IMG/VR virus record: IMGVR_UViG_3300044633_000899
Location: 23,306-87,305 of that record
Strand: one strand, 5' to 3'
Length of the DNA: 64,000 nt
From: a virus
Shown piece by piece: positions 58,351-64,000 of the stretch. Position numbers and translations under genes: made by a program. Under the pieces are notes generated by a model. It saw nothing but the letters and a program-made list of their open reading frames with translations. It was not told the DNA's origin and made no database searches. How positions within the stretch are numbered: position 1 is the first letter of the stretch; the number at the start of each line of letters is the position of its first letter.

Positions 58351-59175
58351 ATGAAGAAGATAATTAATTTTACCCCCACTGGTACTCAAACTACCAGAGA
58401 AAACTCATACGCACCACTTGAACCTAATGAGATTGTTGATTCGGTAATTGAAGCCAATGAATTAGGTATAACATTAGTTCATTTACATGCACGTGACGAA
58501 AATCTTAAAAACACTTATGAAGTTAAACATTTTTCAAAAATTGTGGATGGTATTAGGAAGTATTGTCCAGAACTTGTCATATGTGTTTCAATGTCGGGTA
58601 GGAATTTCCCCGAAGTTGAAAAAAGAACGGAAGTTCTCCAACTTATGCCAGATATGGCTTCACTCACACTATCTTCACTTAATTTCCAAACAGGGGCTTC
58701 TATAAATGAACCTGATGTTATTATACAATTAATTAAAGAGATGGATAAGTGGGGGGTCATCCCTGAATTAGAATGTTTTGATACAGGTATGATAAATATG
58801 ACAAATAATTTAATTTCAAAAAACATTTTAAAACCACCATTTTATTTTAATGTTATTTTAGGTAATCTATATAATAGTCAATCAGATATTCTTTCTGTTG
58901 CCAATATGAAACACCAAATACCAAAAAACGCTATAACAACAATTGGTGGTATTGCGAGTCAACAATTAAAGAGTAATATTTACGGACTTATTGATTTTGA
59001 TGGGATCAGGATTGGTTTAGAAGATAATTTGATGTTTAGAAAAGGTGAGAAGGCAACAAATTCTGAATTAATAAAAAGAATACACCGAATTATGACAGAA
59101 CTAGATTTAGGTGTTATGAGTTCAAACGAATTTAGAAAATTAGGATATGAAAACAGAAACATTAATAATAGGTAA
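58351..59175 (+). CDS. beta-keto acid cleavage enzyme family protein (BKACE/DUF849, 3-keto-5-aminohexanoate cleavage enzyme-like)
   Basis: NFTPTGT, LVHLHARDE, PELECFDTGM, GIRIGLEDNL, ATNSELI blocks co-linear with Kce-family enzymes. Confidence 0.7.
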   Translation: MKKIINFTPTGTQTTRENSYAPLEPNEIVDSVIEANELGITLVHLHARDENLKNTYEVKHFSKIVDGIRKYCPELVICVSMSGRNFPEVEKRTEVLQLMPDMASLTLSSLNFQTGASINEPDVIIQLIKEMDKWGVIPELECFDTGMINMTNNLISKNILKPPFYFNVILGNLYNSQSDILSVANMKHQIPKNAITTIGGIASQQLKSNIYGLIDFDGIRIGLEDNLMFRKGEKATNSELIKRIHRIMTELDLGVMSSNEFRKLGYENRNINNR

Positions 59176-59779
59176 AGGTGATGATATCATAACAATGATA
59201 TTAGATAACCTAAGTTCTGAAAATGAGACAGGTAAAATTACAATCTATAATAATTTAGATTTACCAATCAATAGTGATTTTTCTCATTCCGAATTTGAAA
59301 TTAATCTGTTAAATGAATTAGAACTTTCTGATTATAACAAATGGGTTTTGGGGATTTACAAACCAAGTTTAAAAAAGAAAATTATTGATGGTTTAGAGAT
59401 ATATGGTCATATCAATTTTATTAATTGTATACATAAAGGTCTTGACATATCTAAAACCACAAAAGTCGGTGTAGGTTGTTTAATAAATTCTAAAGTTTCA
59501 ATTGCTGCTCACACAATTATAAAAAACTATGTTTCCATTAATAGACATACGTCAATTGGTCACCACACAATTATTGAAGATTATGCCTCAATAAATCCAG
59601 GATGTAATATTGCGGGTCATTGTCATATTGGGGAAGGGACAACAATCGGTATAGGATCTCAAATATTAGATGGTATAACAATTGGGAAAAACACAATTAT
59701 TGGTGCCGGTTCGGTTGTTACGAGAGATATACCAGATGGTGTTGTTGCCTGGGGGAGTCCTTGTAAAATTAAAAACTAA
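59147..59779 (+). CDS. hexapeptide-repeat acetyltransferase (NeuD/PglD-like)
   Basis: N-terminal Rossmann-like IGKGDDII segment + left-handed beta-helix repeats (IGEGTTIGIGSQI, IGKNTIIGAGSVV) + VAWGSPCKI tail. Confidence 0.7.
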   Translation: MKTETLIIGKGDDIITMILDNLSSENETGKITIYNNLDLPINSDFSHSEFEINLLNELELSDYNKWVLGIYKPSLKKKIIDGLEIYGHINFINCIHKGLDISKTTKVGVGCLINSKVSIAAHTIIKNYVSINRHTSIGHHTIIEDYASINPGCNIAGHCHIGEGTTIGIGSQILDGITIGKNTIIGAGSVVTRDIPDGVVAWGSPCKIKN

Positions 59780-59781
59780 TT

Positions 59782-60429
59782 ATGGCTGAAGGTGTTCACA
59801 AAATAACTCAATCATTTGAGGAAGAAATTTCTAAATATACGGGCGCTAAATATACCGTTGCTTTAGACAATATGAGTAACGCGTTATTTTTGGCTCTCTA
59901 TTATGAAAATAAAATCAAAAATAACACATCTGAAACAATAAGTATTCCTTGTAGAACCTACCCTTCTGTTCCGTGTGAAATTATACATGCCGGTTTAAAA
60001 GTTAATTTTTATGAAGTTAATGGTGATACAATCAAAGGGGCTTATCAACTGATAGGAAGTAAGGTATGGGATTCCGCTTTGAGGTTTACAAATGATATGT
60101 ATTTACCAAATACACATATGTGTTTATCGTTTACTGGGCCATATAAACAACTTAAATTAAGTAAAGGTGGTGCAATTTTAACCGACGACTATGACGCTTA
60201 TAAATGGTTTAAAAAGGCAAGATTTAGTGGTAGAGATGAATGTTCTTACCATATTGATAATTTTGACTTAAATCCTATTATTGGTTGGAATTTTTATATG
60301 ATGCCTGAAATATCCGCTAGAGGTTTATTACTTATGAGTCAATTTTATAATATGGATGGAAGTAAAAAACAAAATGAAGATTTGGAATTATCTTATCCAG
60401 ATTTATCCAAGTTTGAAATTTGGAGGTAA
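59782..60429 (+). CDS. DegT/DnrJ/EryC1-like protein (short form, 215 aa)
   Basis: FEEEISKYTGAKYTVALDN, ISIPCRTYPSVPCEI, LSFTGPYKQL...GGAILTDD resemble aminotransferase blocks, but the protein is about 60% of normal length and lacks SGT. Confidence 0.4.
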   Translation: MAEGVHKITQSFEEEISKYTGAKYTVALDNMSNALFLALYYENKIKNNTSETISIPCRTYPSVPCEIIHAGLKVNFYEVNGDTIKGAYQLIGSKVWDSALRFTNDMYLPNTHMCLSFTGPYKQLKLSKGGAILTDDYDAYKWFKKARFSGRDECSYHIDNFDLNPIIGWNFYMMPEISARGLLLMSQFYNMDGSKKQNEDLELSYPDLSKFEIWR

Positions 60430-60531
60430 CGAAACTTAAAAAAATAACTATTATATTCGTTTTTAATAAGTCAAATCTTAATCAAAGGTAATTTATTTAT
60501 TTAATTTTTTGTTTTATTCAAAAACATTACA

Positions 60532-60539
60532 TATCTTTG
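60532..60539 (+). promoter_or_regulatory. -7 promoter element TAtcTTTG
   Basis: tatctttg 4 nt before ATG 60544. Confidence 0.4.
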
Positions 60540-60543
60540 CAAT

Positions 60544-61155
60544 ATGAAAACTGAATTGACATACGAAGAAAGAATCGCATGGTTTGTTGAAAACTATTAT
60601 GAGAGTGGTATGGAATACCAAAGTCTTTTAGTTACAATGAAGGAGGAGGATTTAGATAATTTTAAATGGTACGATGATTTCATATCAATACCAAAACACA
60701 AAGTAGAATCAAAATTTGGAACATATATGGAAACAGAAAGTACAACAAAATTAACCAGTGATAAGATCACAAGGTTTGTTGAAAGGTTGAAAAAAATTGG
60801 AATTGATGTGAAACTAATAGGAAACTTTCCTTGGGTTTATATTGATGAGATCTGTGGGATCAGAGTTACTGAAAGTTTTGCTGCGAACCACGGATTTACT
60901 TTGATATTCCTTCCTGGTAGAAACGATAGTCCTGTGTCTGAATTTACAGACATTGAAGAGATTTTCAAACTTATACGAAAGTACGTTAAAGAAGCAAAAT
61001 TTAGACAAATTGAAAAGTTAAAGGCTCAGATTGAAGTATTAGAAAGTATTTGTGATAATACTATGGAACAAGACGATGCAACTAAATACTTTGTGTTGTG
61101 TAAGTTATCTGATTTAAAAATAAAACTAAAAGAAATAAAAAATGAAAATCAATAA
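60544..61155 (+). CDS. hypothetical protein (203 aa)
   Basis: ORF. Confidence 0.5.
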   Translation: MKTELTYEERIAWFVENYYESGMEYQSLLVTMKEEDLDNFKWYDDFISIPKHKVESKFGTYMETESTTKLTSDKITRFVERLKKIGIDVKLIGNFPWVYIDEICGIRVTESFAANHGFTLIFLPGRNDSPVSEFTDIEEIFKLIRKYVKEAKFRQIEKLKAQIEVLESICDNTMEQDDATKYFVLCKLSDLKIKLKEIKNENQ

Positions 61156-61555
61156 ATTATTTTTAGATGACGTAAGAATCCCAAAAGATGCGATAGGATT
61201 AATTCCGGATAAACATAATCAGTTTTACTTCTCTAACGATTGGGAGATAGTAACAAACTATGATGATTTCGTTCAACACATTGAACTTAACGGAGTTCCT
61301 AACTTTGTATCATTTGATCACGACCTGGGTGATACCGCAATGGATGAGTATTTTAGAAATGTTGCAACCAATGGAACTTTGGATTATGAAAACATAGAAG
61401 AAAAAACTGGTCTTGACTGTGCAAAATTTCTTGTGGAATATTGTGTAGATAAAAACCAACCATTACCAGAGTATTTGGTTCATAGTGCAAACCCAGTTGG
61501 AAAAAGAAATATTGAAGGATTTTTAGAAAACGCAAAAAAACATTTAAGTATATAA
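61142..61555 (+). CDS. hypothetical protein (137 aa)
   Basis: ORF. Confidence 0.5.
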   Translation: MKINKLFLDDVRIPKDAIGLIPDKHNQFYFSNDWEIVTNYDDFVQHIELNGVPNFVSFDHDLGDTAMDEYFRNVATNGTLDYENIEEKTGLDCAKFLVEYCVDKNQPLPEYLVHSANPVGKRNIEGFLENAKKHLSI

Positions 61556-61558
61556 ATT

Positions 61559-61852
61559 ATGGAAGACATTACATTAAAAAGAGTTTGGACAATAGAAGGA
61601 CATAAATTTGAAATAACCAGTTATTTAAAAAAATATGGTTTAACTATAACACATATTATTAAATATGAGGAAAAATCTGGGTACGCTAGCGGATTTCAAA
61701 TGAATCATCATTATATTAACCTTGAAAATTTATCAGAAAATTATGATCAAATATTTGAAAAATGTGAGGCAATTGCTGAAAGATTATCCGGATGGAAAAA
61801 TGTGATAGATAAGTTATCAGAAGATGGATTTGAAATTATAGAAAATATATAA
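61559..61852 (+). CDS. hypothetical protein (97 aa)
   Basis: ORF. Confidence 0.45.
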   Translation: MEDITLKRVWTIEGHKFEITSYLKKYGLTITHIIKYEEKSGYASGFQMNHHYINLENLSENYDQIFEKCEAIAERLSGWKNVIDKLSEDGFEIIENI

Positions 61853-61855
61853 ATT

Positions 61856-62380
61856 ATGGATCTTACTAAATTAACAATGGACGAACTTATTTCATTACGA
61901 AATAAAATTGAATATAAAATAAATTCTTATGAAGATGGATATTTGTATATCTGTTCTGTCCGTCAGTTCGGTAGTGTCTGGGAAGAAAGACCAAGTAGTT
62001 TATATGGTTTAAAAGAACTTTGTGATTCATATAATGGAGACAATGGTATTGTTGATGTCTATACCAACAACCCAAACTTAGAATTTCCCGAAATGGAGTT
62101 TGAAAACTATGGTGATGTTATGTTTATTAAATCTGAAGATGATTACAGAGAGTGGATTAAACACACTAAGGCTAAAAACCTTATTGAAGATGTAACACAA
62201 CGACTTGATGAGTGGGATGAAAGTAAAGATTTACCATTTAAGTATCGTCCTTCTTTTGCCCCACATTGGACAAGGGAACAAGTTAGTGAATGGGTTACAG
62301 AGTTTGAAAGTAAGAAGTGGGATTTTGTTGAACCAAGATCAATGAAAGTAAATTATTTTGAAGAAGATAGTGACGAATAG
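61856..62380 (+). CDS. hypothetical protein (174 aa)
   Basis: ORF. Confidence 0.5.
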   Translation: MDLTKLTMDELISLRNKIEYKINSYEDGYLYICSVRQFGSVWEERPSSLYGLKELCDSYNGDNGIVDVYTNNPNLEFPEMEFENYGDVMFIKSEDDYREWIKHTKAKNLIEDVTQRLDEWDESKDLPFKYRPSFAPHWTREQVSEWVTEFESKKWDFVEPRSMKVNYFEEDSDE

Positions 62381-62392
62381 AAAAATAATTAA

Positions 62393-62400
62393 TATATTTG
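62393..62400 (+). promoter_or_regulatory. -7 promoter element TAtaTTTG
   Basis: tatatttg 4 nt before ATG 62405. Confidence 0.4.
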
Positions 62401-62404
62401 CATT

Positions 62405-62653
62405 ATGGAAAATCAAACATTAGGTCAAATATTGGGTGCTAAGTCTAGTGGAATATTCATTAATGATAAACACGAGTATTGTTCGGTATATTCGTATTAC
62501 ATCAGTAATAAACGGAAATTCCAGATAATCTTTTCAAAAGGGCTTACAAGTATTGCAACAAGACCAGCAATAAACTCAACATCAGAAAAAAAAATATTAA
62601 AGTTTTTGAGTTCTGAAAATTTTGTAATAGTAAAAACTGAAAATAATATATAA
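62405..62653 (+). CDS. hypothetical protein (82 aa)
   Basis: ORF. Confidence 0.45.
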   Translation: MENQTLGQILGAKSSGIFINDKHEYCSVYSYYISNKRKFQIIFSKGLTSIATRPAINSTSEKKILKFLSSENFVIVKTENNI

Positions 62654-62654
62654 T

Positions 62655-63770
62655 ATGGAAAATCAAAATAGCGTAGCATACGTAGGAAAAATAGGTTCAG
62701 TATCTGAAATACCAGGCGCTGACAACATAGAATTAGTAACGATTGGTGGTTGGACTGCAATAACCAAAAAAGGTGAATATCGTATAGGATCTTTAGTAGT
62801 TGTTGCTACAACGGATGCTATAATACCACAGAAACTTTCTGATGGAATAGGTGTCACTAATTATTTAAGAAAGGGTCAAAGAGTAAGAACAGTTAAGTTA
62901 CGTGGGGTTTATTCAGAATGTTTAATTATTCCAATATCAAATGTTCCCGATTCATATCGTTATGATGGATGTGACTGTATGGAATTGTTAGGTATAAACA
63001 AGTATGAACCACCAGTTAAAACAATCACCTTATCATCTGGTGGTCGTAAGTTTAAATACCACCAAAACCCAAATTTCCACATTTACCATAAGTTTCCAAA
63101 CCAAAAGAACGTACCAGATATGTTCAATGAGGACGATGCGGTTGTAATAACTCGTAAGTTACACGGAACTAATGCCAGATTCGGAATAATCAGAAAGAAT
63201 AAACTTTCTTTATGGGATCGTGTTAAAATGTTCTTTGGTGATAAATGGGCCGGATTTGAATACGTCGCGGGCAGTCACAACGTAGAGAAAGGATCCGACT
63301 CGCAAGGTTTTTATGATACAAATGTTTGGTTTGAAATCGCTGATAAATACAATATCAAATCAAAACTCTTGGAACACGTAAAAGACACATATGAATATCT
63401 TGAAAGTGGTTTTATTGTGTATGGTGAAATATATGGCGCTGGAATACAAAAAAACTATGACTATGGTTTAACTGAAATAAAGTTTGCTGGATTTGATGTT
63501 GAGGTTGATGGAAAATACGAACCATATATGAGAGAAAAGGTACACTTTGAAGTAATGGATCTACCACAGGTTGAGGTATTATATAGTGGTAACTGGAATA
63601 AAGAAATGCAAGATAGTTTTGTGTTTGATAATTTCATAGAAGGAACAAAAGTTCCACACGAGGGTGTTGTTGTGAAAACTGTAACTGGTGTTCGTAGTAA
63701 AGTTTCAAAATGTATAAATCCTATGTATTTAATCTACGGAGAAAAACATAACGTTGGTGATTCACATTAA
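62655..63770 (+). CDS. Rnl2-family RNA ligase (nucleotidyltransferase) with N-terminal OB-like extension
   Basis: Motif I KLHGTN (lysine-adenylate site), YGEIYGAGIQKNYDY resembling Rnl2 motif IV (FGEFAGPGIQKNVDY in T4 Rnl2). Confidence 0.6.
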   Translation: MENQNSVAYVGKIGSVSEIPGADNIELVTIGGWTAITKKGEYRIGSLVVVATTDAIIPQKLSDGIGVTNYLRKGQRVRTVKLRGVYSECLIIPISNVPDSYRYDGCDCMELLGINKYEPPVKTITLSSGGRKFKYHQNPNFHIYHKFPNQKNVPDMFNEDDAVVITRKLHGTNARFGIIRKNKLSLWDRVKMFFGDKWAGFEYVAGSHNVEKGSDSQGFYDTNVWFEIADKYNIKSKLLEHVKDTYEYLESGFIVYGEIYGAGIQKNYDYGLTEIKFAGFDVEVDGKYEPYMREKVHFEVMDLPQVEVLYSGNWNKEMQDSFVFDNFIEGTKVPHEGVVVKTVTGVRSKVSKCINPMYLIYGEKHNVGDSH

Positions 63771-63783
63771 AATAAATTAAAAT

Positions 63784-64000
63784 ATGAGTTATATTAGAAT
63801 TGATGTTGATTTAAGTAACATCTACGATGAAATGGATCGTAATGACAAACAAGTTATTACTGAATGGTTATATGAAGATGGGATAATCCAATCACACTCA
63901 AATCCAGAAATAAGAAGTCTAGTTAAAGGTACAGACGAATCAAATGGTGAAAAAGAATTGAGAGACGCTCTTACAAAATTATGGAATTCATATTACCGAT
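63784..64000 (+). CDS. hypothetical protein (3' end outside window)
   Basis: ATG 63784, open to the window end. Confidence 0.4.
   Translation, partial: MSYIRIDVDLSNIYDEMDRNDKQVITEWLYEDGIIQSHSNPEIRSLVKGTDESNGEKELRDALTKLWNSYYR

Noticed and set aside
59782-60429. Full-length PLP-dependent DegT aminotransferase
   Set aside because: It is only 215 aa, against about 370 for the family. The SGT motif is replaced by NMSNA and the C-terminal domain is absent. It was called DegT-like at low confidence.

Overview
This is a 64-kb, AT-rich (about 30% GC), densely coded stretch of a large tailed dsDNA phage genome, with genes mostly on the plus strand. TAnnTTTG elements sit 4-35 nt upstream of many start codons and Shine-Dalgarno sequences are absent, so the host is likely a Bacteroidetes, probably Flavobacteriia.

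Recognisable genes:
- a phage sigma-70 factor, cut off at the window start;
- three tandem C5-cytosine methyltransferases with swapped target-recognition domains, plus a Dam-like N6-adenine MTase;
- DnaJ, thioredoxin and glutaredoxin;
- thymidylate synthase;
- a ClpP-family (possibly prohead) protease;
- five peptidoglycan hydrolases of different folds (Amidase_2-like, GH24+LysM, GH19+PG-binding, YkuD-like, SGNH+PG-binding+lysozyme);
- two calcineurin-type phosphoesterases, a Pnk-like kinase and an Rnl2-like RNA ligase (RNA repair);
- an SPFH protein with a small membrane partner;
- an LRR protein;
- an ImmA-like HExxH peptidase;
- a modification cluster: GT-like protein, BKACE/DUF849, NeuD/PglD-like acetyltransferase and DegT-like protein.

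Stand-out observations:
1. Four dispersed CRISPR-like mini-arrays. Each has a perfectly conserved 36-nt direct repeat, unique 23-33-nt spacers and a degenerate distal repeat. In every locus the first repeat forms the 3' end of a member of a ~130-aa paralogous gene family.
2. A shared N-terminal leader peptide (MKKIIKKILREE / MKIIITEnQY, ending in L/I-x-E) on at least 10 otherwise unrelated proteins, including a lysozyme and a metallopeptidase. It resembles a capsid-targeting or ejection signal.
3. Two GC-enriched, ORF-free regions with promoter motifs that look like structured ncRNAs.

No cas genes, integrase, reverse transcriptase, tRNA or rRNA were seen.
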